NCBI GenBank assembly: GCA_016192985.1
Contig: JACPTC010000024.1
Coordinates: forward strand, 1 to 55,337
Length of the DNA: 55,337 nt
Origin: Candidatus Woesearchaeota archaeon
GTDB lineage: Archaea > Nanobdellota > Nanobdellia > Woesearchaeales > GW2011-AR4
Reading direction: 5' to 3'
This document shows positions 35,663 through 44,648 of this stretch, in pieces. Made by a program: the position numbers and the translations under genes. The notes beneath the pieces are model-generated. The model had not been told where the DNA came from. It ran no database searches and was given only the letters and a program-made list of their open reading frames with translations. The first letter of the stretch is position 1. Every line of letters starts with the position of its first letter.

Positions 35663-36346
35663 TCAAGCTCTTTGACCATAAATTCTATCTATCTGTTGTT
35701 TCCAATATAATGCATCAGCTTTTTGTAAAGCATCAAGTGCAGCATTTGAAGGAAACATGTTTTTTCCTCGGTCTTGCCAAAATGGGTCTTTCGAGATTCG
35801 ACCGGCTAAAGCAAAAGTTCCTAGCTCTACATCAATAAGCTGTCTAAAAGCAGTCTGTAACATTGTAAGATATTTTTCCGCTTGTTCGCGTGTCGGGAAA
35901 ACTCTTCTCATCACTTGATCACTATAGATATAACTGCCAGCAATTGACTGAGGAGATAAACCTTGTTCTGAAGCAATTTTTTTAATTGCTTTTGCTGTTG
36001 CTAAGTAAATCCCCTGCTGTATTTGCCAAAATCTATTTAAGGAATCATAAGTTGCGTTTATTCCTTGCATCATTGATCTAATTTCTTCTCTATCGGGTCT
36101 TTCGTCTATTACTATTGCATTAATTGATTCAGCTCTTAATTTATCTCTACTCTCAAGTAAATCTCGGTCTGCAACCTCAATATTTTCAATTGGATCGCTT
36201 TCAGTATGGGGAAAAACACTCTTCAATTCTGGAAATTGACTCAAAACAGCGCTAAAAGAGTCCTCCCTTCTACGAAGTTCTGCATTATTATATGAAATAA
36301 TTATCGCTCTTACTACTGGTTCATTGAGTTCTTGTGGTGTAAGCAT
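35663..36346 (-). CDS. hypothetical helical protein, paralog B (227 aa)
   Basis: Same conserved blocks as 34970-35647. The tracked start is a TTG at 36355, so the ATG at 36344-36346 (MLTPQELNEPVVRAIIISY) is used. Confidence 0.55.
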   Translation of the reverse strand: MLTPQELNEPVVRAIIISYNNAELRRREDSFSAVLSQFPELKSVFPHTESDPIENIEVADRDLLESRDKLRAESINAIVIDERPDREEIRSMMQGINATYDSLNRFWQIQQGIYLATAKAIKKIASEQGLSPQSIAGSYIYSDQVMRRVFPTREQAEKYLTMLQTAFRQLIDVELGTFALAGRISKDPFWQDRGKNMFPSNAALDALQKADALYWKQQIDRIYGQRA

Positions 36347-36525
36347 TTTGTCCAATTTTATATTTATAGATTAAAAATGTAAACAATTTCACTATTTAAA
36401 TCTTTCTATTTGTTACTACCCATAAGTTATTCTATCTAACCCTTGTCTCACCCTTGACTTTTTCAATTCCCACATTCTCATTTTCTGTTTTTAACTAATC
36501 CCATCAATAACCAAAGCTGCATTTT

Positions 36526-37218
36526 TTATGTATTATTCTGAGTTTTTAATTTTTTCATAAGCTTGACGGCTTCCCCAATATTGCCCTTGGGAAGCTTTTC
36601 AATGGAAAAAACCCCCTTGAAAGAATCTTTGAAATTATCGCTTTTAAAATATGAGAGAAGATTGTCCAAATTTTCCTGAACATTTTTGTTTTTATCCATA
36701 AACTCTGCGACCATGCCAAAGTCCACATTTTGGCATAAAGCAACTATATCCCTTGCATCTGTCAGCCTTGCAGAATTTATTTTCAATGCTATTAAAATTT
36801 CCTTTGCAGGAATTCTTGCATTAATTGTTTTTTCTATGCCAACAATCTTTTTAATGGCAGAATTTTCATACAGCTTACCAAAACTTATTGAAGCGTTTGT
36901 TTGCCTGCTTGCAACGCTTCCAATCATCAAATCAATAGTGACTGGCAATTTGACTTTTTTTGTATAGCATTCAAATGAACCTTTGTAAATATCCTCTAAA
37001 TCTTTTCTCTTTGCCAAATCAAAACACTTTGTTTTTAATATTTCCTTGAATAACACAAGGTCATTCTTGTCTATGCAAACATCCGCATCTACTGAAAATC
37101 TGCGCATGTATGCTGAAACTGCATAGCCTCCTATCAGAACATACTTTAAGCCTTCCTTGTTAAAGATATCCAAAATGTCAAAAATTTCATTCTCCCTTTC
37201 TATAAATGCCTTCATCAT
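36526..37218 (-). CDS. nucleotidyltransferase-fold protein, AbiEii/DUF1814-like toxin candidate
   Basis: LIGGYAVSAYMRRFSVDADVCI resembles the GG...R.S.D.D NTase motif of AbiEii. Overlaps the upstream wHTH gene by 32 nt. Confidence 0.45.
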   Translation of the reverse strand: MMKAFIERENEIFDILDIFNKEGLKYVLIGGYAVSAYMRRFSVDADVCIDKNDLVLFKEILKTKCFDLAKRKDLEDIYKGSFECYTKKVKLPVTIDLMIGSVASRQTNASISFGKLYENSAIKKIVGIEKTINARIPAKEILIALKINSARLTDARDIVALCQNVDFGMVAEFMDKNKNVQENLDNLLSYFKSDNFKDSFKGVFSIEKLPKGNIGEAVKLMKKLKTQNNT

Positions 37219-37861
37219 GTTGAGAATATTTAATGCCGATTTTTAAATTATACATTTCATCCAACATCTCCAATGCAGGCTGGAAGTTAAAGCTGTATTT
37301 TTTAGCCCATTCAATAGTTTTTGTTAATGGCAAAATAGGCATATTTTCGCAATACTCTTTTTCAATAGACTTGCTAAATGAAATAATAAAATAAATCCCT
37401 TTTTTTCTTTCATTCTTGAATGTGTAATCTATGTTAAACTTCGAGAAATATTTTGTCCATGCATTTTTGTCTTTTTCCAAAATCTCAATGAATATTGGAT
37501 AGGAATCTTTGTTTCTTCCAATATTATAGCCGCCTTTTGTCCAGACAAATACAGCGTCTATGCCAGTAAAGAGATACTCTAATCCTGTTAAATTCGGCAA
37601 CAAATAGGAGTCATTTAAGCTTAAATTGTATTTTAATGAAGATACAATAAAACTTAATATTTTTTTATAGAATATACTATTTTTGTTTATGTAAACTTCT
37701 TGTTTTTTTCTTTTTAAAGCTCCTATTTTCTCCAACTCTAACACCCATTTGTGCGTCCATCCATACGATTCCTGTATTTTTTGAGAGATTTGTCTAATTG
37801 AATCTCCATTATTTGCTGATACTAAGATTTTTGCTATGTAAGGGTTTATTAATTCAAACAT
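37187..37861 (-). CDS. winged-helix protein, AbiEi-like antitoxin/regulator candidate
   Basis: N-terminal wHTH-like DSIRQISQKIQESYGWTHKWVLELEKIGALKRKK. Sits upstream of, and overlapping, the NTase gene. Confidence 0.4.
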   Translation of the reverse strand: MFELINPYIAKILVSANNGDSIRQISQKIQESYGWTHKWVLELEKIGALKRKKQEVYINKNSIFYKKILSFIVSSLKYNLSLNDSYLLPNLTGLEYLFTGIDAVFVWTKGGYNIGRNKDSYPIFIEILEKDKNAWTKYFSKFNIDYTFKNERKKGIYFIISFSKSIEKEYCENMPILPLTKTIEWAKKYSFNFQPALEMLDEMYNLKIGIKYSQHDEGIYRKGE

Positions 37862-38058
37862 ATTATCATTATAATGATAACTTGTATATAAATATTACTA
37901 TTTTTTTAGCTACATTGCGTTTTTACTCAATTTTAAAGAAATAGTTTCACGCCAAAAGAGTTTTATAATTATTATCTGGGCATCATCCATCTATCAGTGC
38001 TAAAATTTATAAATAAAACTACTATTCAATAAATAAACAAAACACGAGTTGATAAGCA

Positions 38059-38652
38059 ATGTACATGAAATCATCTTATATTGTTGGTATTGTTGGCGCA
38101 TTGGGATTATTTTTTGCTTCTGAAGCTTTAGCAGCCGATATTGGCTTAGTCAGAACTGCAAGAGAATACACAATATCGCGCGGGGAAAAGGAGAATATTA
38201 AGAATCAAGCTGGTGGTATAACTGGTACAATTCATACTTTGGTTTTAGATGGAAAGCAACTTGGCTATCCTAGACCCCCCCATATCACAAGTGGCAACTA
38301 TTCGGTACAAATAATCGTAACAACATTGTCAGGAAATGGTATTGATGACAGCGGTGTTAATAACGGCTTGACTGTGAAAATTAAGGAAATGTATGATACA
38401 ACAACAGAAGAATTGATAATGAAAGACGGAGGTTCGCCTGCGCAAGCATTAGACGGAATAGTTGATATGGCTATGAAAGGAAAAGAAACTAAAAAAAAAG
38501 ATGGCCCAATTGATGGTGGAATGAAATGGGTTGACTTGAAAGATCGGGCTTCCAATGAGAGAGTCGATAAAACTTACGATACGGTTATCAAGTTAATAAA
38601 CGCAATTGCCGAAACAGAAGCCAGCGCAGGAATTCCAGTGCCGAGCAAATAA
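38059..38652 (+). CDS. secreted protein, unknown function
   Basis: Sec signal peptide (IVGIVGALGLFFASEALA|AD). No recognisable domain. Confidence 0.5.
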   Translation: MYMKSSYIVGIVGALGLFFASEALAADIGLVRTAREYTISRGEKENIKNQAGGITGTIHTLVLDGKQLGYPRPPHITSGNYSVQIIVTTLSGNGIDDSGVNNGLTVKIKEMYDTTTEELIMKDGGSPAQALDGIVDMAMKGKETKKKDGPIDGGMKWVDLKDRASNERVDKTYDTVIKLINAIAETEASAGIPVPSK

Positions 38653-38660
38653 TCTTAGCA

Positions 38661-40751
38661 TCATCTTACCTTTGCCCCGTCATTGACTTTTTCTGCCATT
38701 ATCGTTTCTTTGTCCGTCTTCAACTCCTTGTTTTCAAAATAGACTTTTTTATTTTTAACTTCCATTTTGGTCTTCAGGAAATCCTCAAACGAAATCTCTT
38801 TATTGGAATATTGATACCCTTCAAAATATGCTTTGTCGCCCGGATTGCTTTCATCAGCAGTCAGTACACCAACATTGCTTCCATCATCACCTGCCAAAAG
38901 CATTCCTTGGCTCTCAACACCCCTTAATTTTGCATATTTGAGGTTTGTTAAAACCACTATCTTCTTATTCTTCAGCTCTTCTGGTGTGTAATGGCCTTTT
39001 AACCCTGCAACCAACTGCCTTTTTTCTGCGCCTAAATCTATATCCAGAATATAAAGCTTATCGGCATTTGGATGCCCCCTAACATCCAATATCTTTGCCA
39101 CTTTAAGGTTTAGCTGGAATTTTTGCTCTGGTTTTTCTTCAATTTTTCTTACCAAAATCTCATCCCTTCCAACTTTATGATTTTTTAATTCAAAATTAAT
39201 GTCCTGCCATTTCAGATTGCTGACATCTAATTGTTTTTGAAGATTTGATGAGACATTTGGAAGAATTGGCTCAATCAAAATGCTTAGATTTTTTGCTATG
39301 TTAACGCACAAGCCGAGAATTTTATGCACCTTTTCCCTGTCATCATTAATCAGTTTCCAAGGCTCGTTGTCCTGGAAGTACTTGTTGCCAAGAGAAGAAA
39401 TATGCAGGATTCCTTTTAAAGCCTCATTAAAATTCAATTCATGATAATTTTTTTCAATATCCTTTGCTTTTTGCTTTACTTCATTTATCAATTCCTTGTT
39501 CGTGTCAATATCCTTAATATTGCCATCAAAATTTTTATTCAAAAAATTCAAGACCCTGTAGCAAAAATTACTAATGTTTGCAACTAGTTCATTATTTATT
39601 TTGTTGCCAAATTCATTGAAATTCAAATCTATGTCAGACATTGTCTTGCTAATCAAACTGGCATAATAAAACCTAAGATGCTCTGGATTTCGCTTCTGCA
39701 AAAATTCTCTTGCAGTAAAAAACGTGCCCCTGCTTTTGCTCATCTTCTCGCCATTAACTGTCAGGAAGCCGTGTACTGGAATGTCATAGGGCAGTTGAAA
39801 ATCAGACCCTAGAAGCATTGCAGGCCAAAACAAGAAATGAAAATAAATAATGTCCTTACCGATAAAATGGTAAATTCTTGAGTCTTTGCTATTCCAATAG
39901 TCCTCTGTATTTAAGCCGTGATTTTTGCAATAGTTATCGGTGCTTGCTATATAGCCAATCGGCGCATCCAGCCATACATAATAGTACTTATCCTCTTCCC
40001 CTGGAATTTTAAATCCAAAATAAGGGCCATCTCTTGATATATTCCAGTCTTCAAGTCCATTTTTTATCCAGTTGAATACAAAATTCTTGATTTCTGGCTG
40101 TAAGTTTTTGTTTTTTGTAAGCCATGACTCAAGCTTATTTGAGAATTTGCTTAGCTTAAAGAAGTAATGCTTTGAGATTTTTCTTACTGGTTTATTTTTA
40201 CATATCGCGCAGTAAGGCTCTATAAGGTCTATTGTTTTGTAGGCGGCGTTGCAGCTTTCACAAACATCGCCATATTGGTCAGGGGCATTGCACTTTGGGC
40301 ATTTTCCTTTTACGTACCTGTCAGGCAATGTTCTTTTGCAATGCCCGCAATAAGTAACCTCAATGTCTTTTGTGTAAATAAAGCCTTTTTCCTTTAATCT
40401 TGCAAAAATCAAGTCGCTGTAATGCTTGTTCTCAGGGCTGTTTGTTGTGTAGTAATTGTCAAAGCTTATCAAAAAATCCTTGAAGTCTTGAACGTGCTCA
40501 TTGTAAACCTTTGAAATCATCTCTTCCGGCGATATGCCAAGCTCTGCTGCCTTTATCTCGATAGGAGCGCCATGAGTGTCGTCTGCACAGACAAATAATA
40601 CGTCTTCGCCAATAAGCCTAAGAAACCTGACAAATATGTCTGTTTGTATGTATTCAACCAGATGCCCCAAATGAATTGGCCCGTTACTATATGGTAATGC
40701 CGATGTTACTAGGATTCTGTTTTTTTGTTTTGATGATTTGAATTTTGTCAC
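38661..40751 (-). CDS. metG: methionyl-tRNA synthetase with C-terminal tRNA-binding (Trbp111/EMAP-like) domain
   Basis: ALPYSNGPIHLGH (HIGH), zinc knuckles CGHC/CPKC, KMSKS, C-terminal LKVAKILDVRGHPNADKLYILDIDLG. The start codon is a GTG at 40749-40751. Confidence 0.9.
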   Translation of the reverse strand: MTKFKSSKQKNRILVTSALPYSNGPIHLGHLVEYIQTDIFVRFLRLIGEDVLFVCADDTHGAPIEIKAAELGISPEEMISKVYNEHVQDFKDFLISFDNYYTTNSPENKHYSDLIFARLKEKGFIYTKDIEVTYCGHCKRTLPDRYVKGKCPKCNAPDQYGDVCESCNAAYKTIDLIEPYCAICKNKPVRKISKHYFFKLSKFSNKLESWLTKNKNLQPEIKNFVFNWIKNGLEDWNISRDGPYFGFKIPGEEDKYYYVWLDAPIGYIASTDNYCKNHGLNTEDYWNSKDSRIYHFIGKDIIYFHFLFWPAMLLGSDFQLPYDIPVHGFLTVNGEKMSKSRGTFFTAREFLQKRNPEHLRFYYASLISKTMSDIDLNFNEFGNKINNELVANISNFCYRVLNFLNKNFDGNIKDIDTNKELINEVKQKAKDIEKNYHELNFNEALKGILHISSLGNKYFQDNEPWKLINDDREKVHKILGLCVNIAKNLSILIEPILPNVSSNLQKQLDVSNLKWQDINFELKNHKVGRDEILVRKIEEKPEQKFQLNLKVAKILDVRGHPNADKLYILDIDLGAEKRQLVAGLKGHYTPEELKNKKIVVLTNLKYAKLRGVESQGMLLAGDDGSNVGVLTADESNPGDKAYFEGYQYSNKEISFEDFLKTKMEVKNKKVYFENKELKTDKETIMAEKVNDGAKVR

Positions 40752-40870
40752 CTGAATATTGTATCAATAGATGATTTAAAAATGTTGTTGTTTTCCAATG
40801 AATCCAAGTTAAAAACAAAAAAATTTATATATCATTAGAAATGTGCAACATTTGTCAGGGGTGCTATGAA

Positions 40871-41179
40871 ATGCCAAATTTCGTAAAAATTGCCAGTGCT
40901 AGCGATTTAAAGCCTGGCGAAAACAAGGTTGTGAATGTTAATGGGACAGAAATTGCCCTGTTCAATGTTGACGGTGAGTTTTTTGCAACCACAAATACAT
41001 GCCCGCATCGCGGCGGCCCTTTAGGAGAAGGAATGCTCGACAGTGATGTGGTAACATGCCCGTGGCACGGATGGCGCTTTAATGTCAAGACTGGAGTATC
41101 GCCTGTTGTCCCGACTGCAAAGGTGCCGACATATCAGGTTAAGGTAGAGGGAAATGACGTGATGGTTGCTTTGGATTAA
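40871..41179 (+). CDS. Rieske [2Fe-2S] domain protein (NirD-like small ferredoxin)
   Basis: CPHRGGPL...CPWHGWRF Rieske ligands. Start placed at the second ATG (MPNFVKIAS), which is preceded by GGGGTG. The tracked ATG at 40841 is also possible. Confidence 0.8.
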   Translation: MPNFVKIASASDLKPGENKVVNVNGTEIALFNVDGEFFATTNTCPHRGGPLGEGMLDSDVVTCPWHGWRFNVKTGVSPVVPTAKVPTYQVKVEGNDVMVALD

Positions 41180-41181
41180 GC

Positions 41182-42165
41182 TCAGATTTTTTTCTTGTTT
41201 ATTTTTACATTAAGCGTTTTCATTGCTTTCATAGCTTGATTAAAAGTCAATAAAATGTTCTTTGCCCCATAATGCATTATCACAGACGCGGAGTTTACCA
41301 GCCCAAGCTTTATCGCAAACTCTATGCCCTTTTTCCTTAAAATGCCGCTGAGAAAAGAGGATGCAAATGCGTCCCCAGCTCCTGTTGTATCCACAACCTT
41401 GACAATTGGGGGAGTTGCCTCATAAATATAATTCTCATCAATAACATAAAAATTATTTTTGCCGTCAGTAATCACAACAACCTTTGGCCCCAATCCCCTG
41501 AGCTTAAACAAAAGCCCTTCTACCGGCTCTTGGCCCACAAGCAAGCATGCCTCTTCCTTGTTTAAAACGAGCAATTCTGTTCTGCTTATAATATGCTTTA
41601 AATTGAGGCTTCCCTTCTCTGCAAGATAAGTGCTTGGGTTGAAAGCTATCTTGATGTTGTGCTGCTGTGCAAACTCTGCAATCCTCTCAAGCGTGTGGAA
41701 TGATTCCCCCATCATTGCGCAGAAATAAAACCACTTTGCCTTTAGTCTATTAAGTGGAATATCTTTAAGTCCCAATTCATCATTAACACCCTTATAGGTC
41801 AGAATTGTCCTGTCATGCTCCAAAGTGTCCAGAATCACGGAGTAGCCTGCTTTTCCTTTGCCATGTGCACACAGCAATTCTATCTTTTCTTTTTTTAAGT
41901 TTTTATGTATAAAATCCGAGTTTGTGCCTTCTCCAAGCTTGCCAAGAAAAGCGACCTTATGGCCAAGCCTTGACAATGAGACCGCAGTGTTAGTTCCTCC
42001 ACCGCCTGTTGTAAACTCAAGCTCGTCTATCAATATCTTGGAGCCGCTGGGAAATGCAAGCAAATCTGTTTCGCCTTTTGGGTCTATTATCTTTATCAGC
42101 TCAGAAAATCTTGTTCTTGCAAAGACATCAAGGGTTGCGCTACCGACAGTTATGACATCATACAT
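41182..42165 (-). CDS. PfkB-family carbohydrate kinase (ribokinase-like)
   Basis: TTGGGGTNTA and DTTGAGDAF motifs. The tracked start is a TTG, so the ATG at 42163-42165 is used. Confidence 0.8.
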   Translation of the reverse strand: MYDVITVGSATLDVFARTRFSELIKIIDPKGETDLLAFPSGSKILIDELEFTTGGGGTNTAVSLSRLGHKVAFLGKLGEGTNSDFIHKNLKKEKIELLCAHGKGKAGYSVILDTLEHDRTILTYKGVNDELGLKDIPLNRLKAKWFYFCAMMGESFHTLERIAEFAQQHNIKIAFNPSTYLAEKGSLNLKHIISRTELLVLNKEEACLLVGQEPVEGLLFKLRGLGPKVVVITDGKNNFYVIDENYIYEATPPIVKVVDTTGAGDAFASSFLSGILRKKGIEFAIKLGLVNSASVIMHYGAKNILLTFNQAMKAMKTLNVKINKKKI

Positions 42166-42188
42166 GACCAATTCATTTTTTTCCCTAT

Positions 42189-43226
42189 TTAAAAACTTAT
42201 CCTATCAAGAATTTCGTGTGCGTTTACCGAGTTTATGTAACTCTCAATATCCTTACCTCTTAATCTAGCCAGAAACATTGTTCTCAGAGACTCTTTTTCC
42301 GCATTGCTTATTCTTGCAATCCTATCGGCGTCAATAAGCCCGTAAGGGTAGCCTAAAAAAACAGGATCTGCACAATTGCCTGCTAACCCGTTTATTGCTT
42401 CCTCCGCCTTTGCTTTCTGGTTATTGAAGACTTCAAACTTGAATATATGATTTGCCTTGCCATGAAGCTTGACAAAAAACATCTCTGCCTTGTGGCTTTG
42501 GCTTTTGATGTCTGCAATTGGATGGTAATACCAAGAAGGAAACGGGCTCATGTTAGCAAGCGCAACACTAAGCAAATCACCGTTGTCTGTGAACAAAGAG
42601 GTTGTCTTGCTCAATGCCCCGAGAACTATCTTGTTTTTCATGCATGATTCATAAAGCTCTGCAAGATATTTGCTTTCATGAGTCATGGTGCATTGCAAGT
42701 CGCCATCCAAAATGATTATGTTGGATGCATTCTCATCAGCTATAATCTTCGCCATTTTTAATTCAGCAAACCTTCTTATCGCATTCGCAGCGCTGCCGAT
42801 TTCCGCCCTGTTTGAGCCAAGCATCAATGTAGTGTCAAATGAGCTGAAGGATATCTCTTCCATGCCTATGCTATTGTTGATGTCAAAGAAAGCGGCTTTA
42901 TAATGTATCTCATTGTTTTTGTTCATAGCTTGCACGAATACAAATATGTCAAATTTTTTTTGTAAGATTTTTTTATTGTCTTGGTGCACTAAGCAAGCCA
43001 CTCTCATAATGCTAAGGGAAAAATTTGCAGAGCTTATTATTTCGGCATTGCCGCCGTCCACAAAGGCAATTTTTCTGTTAAAGGAGCTTTTTTTAATTTC
43101 ATGGAAATTTTTTACGTCAAGATGGTATGGCTTGTAGCCTTCTCTGGAGAATTTTGGATATGCTTCCGTTATTATAGATTTTTGACCTATTAATTCAAGA
43201 ATTTTATTGATGATTTCGTCGTACAT
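42189..43226 (-). CDS. NurA-like 5'-3' nuclease (tentative)
   Basis: IAFVDGGNAEI and IIILDGDL acidic motifs with NurA-like spacing and size. No HerA, Mre11 or Rad50 gene is adjacent. Confidence 0.4.
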   Translation of the reverse strand: MYDEIINKILELIGQKSIITEAYPKFSREGYKPYHLDVKNFHEIKKSSFNRKIAFVDGGNAEIISSANFSLSIMRVACLVHQDNKKILQKKFDIFVFVQAMNKNNEIHYKAAFFDINNSIGMEEISFSSFDTTLMLGSNRAEIGSAANAIRRFAELKMAKIIADENASNIIILDGDLQCTMTHESKYLAELYESCMKNKIVLGALSKTTSLFTDNGDLLSVALANMSPFPSWYYHPIADIKSQSHKAEMFFVKLHGKANHIFKFEVFNNQKAKAEEAINGLAGNCADPVFLGYPYGLIDADRIARISNAEKESLRTMFLARLRGKDIESYINSVNAHEILDRISF

Positions 43227-43322
43227 AATCTAATGTAATTCAAGTCAATTTTTAATACTATTGTTTATTTATTTTCTGTCTTGAAATAAAGAGAAATATG
43301 CGAGTGTATTAGCAGAAAAAAG

Positions 43323-43508
43323 TTGGAAAGACTTTTGAATAAATTTGGAAACATAAAAAACATTGTTATTGCAGATAAAAAAGAATTTAGGAAAATAAAT
43401 GGAATAGGAAAGAAAACTGTTAAGAAAGTGAAAAATGTTTTAGAGCATAATCTTTTTGAGGAAGAAACTGTGAGTTTAGACGTTGTTAAAAATACTAAGC
43501 ATCATTAA
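43323..43508 (+). CDS. small helix-hairpin-helix protein (XPF/ERCC1 C-terminal-like), possibly a remnant
   Basis: LLNKFGNIKNIVIADKKEFRKINGIGKKTVKKV HhH pattern. TTG start and only 61 codons. Confidence 0.3.
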   Translation: MERLLNKFGNIKNIVIADKKEFRKINGIGKKTVKKVKNVLEHNLFEEETVSLDVVKNTKHH

Positions 43509-44557
43509 ATCCCATAAATAGTCTGCCTTGCGTCGGCAAAATGAGGTTGGTGGGTTATCAGGCCCTTTTTAAGCAACATATTCAAGGCATGCCTTACAGT
43601 TCTTTCCGGCAGCAAAGAAGCGCTTATTAAATCTTTCTGTGTCATACTGCCTTCATGAACAAATATTTTGTAAATCAATTTCGAGCTTGCCGGCAAACCC
43701 TTTAAATTGTCCAGATTAAGCTTTATTGTTCTTTTCTTAAGCCTGCTTTCAAGCTGATATTCTTTTGAGAATATGACAAAGTTGCCATAGTGGGGAGATT
43801 TTTCAATTATCAGCTCATTAACATTCAGCGGAATCCTGACTTCACCGTCAATTACAAGAATCGGCTTATACCCTCTTATATCAGTTATTTTTATTCTCAT
43901 GCTGTCAGAAACAACAAATGGGGAATGTTTTTCCAGGGAAGATATGGAAGTAACTGACAGTGTCTGGGGCTCGCCTAATATTATAGGGCCGCCTGCAGAT
44001 AAAGAGTAGCCGGTGCTCCCAGTCGGAGTTGCAACAATAATGCCATCGCTTGAATCTTTCCAGAAAACTTCGCCATTCAATACTAATGTGTATTTAAGAA
44101 GGGATGCGCTCTTGGAAGAAAACAGCCCTATATCATTTAATCCTACAGGAGTTGTTGTTTTATTAAATCTTCCAACCAATCTTGATCTCCTGAAAATCCC
44201 GTATTTATTCTTTCTTATTAAGTTGAGGTAATACTTAAGATTGAGCGCATTTGCCTGTGCCAGAAAGCTTTGCGCTGATGCCACGGCAAAAACAGGAATC
44301 TGCTTTTTCCCCAGCTTTCTGAAAGTTTCTAGTATAAACCTGTCATCCCCAATTGCCATTACCATGTCATAATCTGATTCTTTTATCTCTTTACTATGCC
44401 CGATTGGGCTTATTTCTCTGCTAGTTGCGAATTTCATGTTATTTTCTTTAAGGTGATGAGCTGCAAATTTTGCAAGTTCCAGTGAATCCCTATCCATCTT
44501 TGACGTTATTAAATACATACGATGGAAGAAGATTAATCCATTAATATATTTTTCCAT
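43505..44557 (-). CDS. nadK: NAD kinase fused to a C-terminal winged-helix domain
   Basis: ATPTGSTGYSLSAGGPI and LNDIG motifs. The GGDGT motif is replaced by GDDRF (44336-44350). C-terminal MarR-like LIYKIFVHEGSMTQKDLISASLLPERTVRHALNMLLKKGLI. Confidence 0.7.
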   Translation of the reverse strand: MEKYINGLIFFHRMYLITSKMDRDSLELAKFAAHHLKENNMKFATSREISPIGHSKEIKESDYDMVMAIGDDRFILETFRKLGKKQIPVFAVASAQSFLAQANALNLKYYLNLIRKNKYGIFRRSRLVGRFNKTTTPVGLNDIGLFSSKSASLLKYTLVLNGEVFWKDSSDGIIVATPTGSTGYSLSAGGPIILGEPQTLSVTSISSLEKHSPFVVSDSMRIKITDIRGYKPILVIDGEVRIPLNVNELIIEKSPHYGNFVIFSKEYQLESRLKKRTIKLNLDNLKGLPASSKLIYKIFVHEGSMTQKDLISASLLPERTVRHALNMLLKKGLITHQPHFADARQTIYGI

Positions 44558-44648
44558 TTATGGGCAAAATTTGCCGCTTTTTTAACTTGCCAAAATGATT
44601 GTTGCCTATTTACTTAACTATTTAAACAAAACCACAACAGCTGGCAAC

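Noticed and set aside
40841-40870. Cys-rich N-terminal extension MCNICQGCYE of the Rieske protein as an extra metal site.
   Set aside because: It is only 10 residues long. The downstream ATG has a GGGGTG Shine-Dalgarno-like element, and Rieske domains normally begin near MPNFVKI. I cannot exclude it, so it is noted only in the feature evidence.
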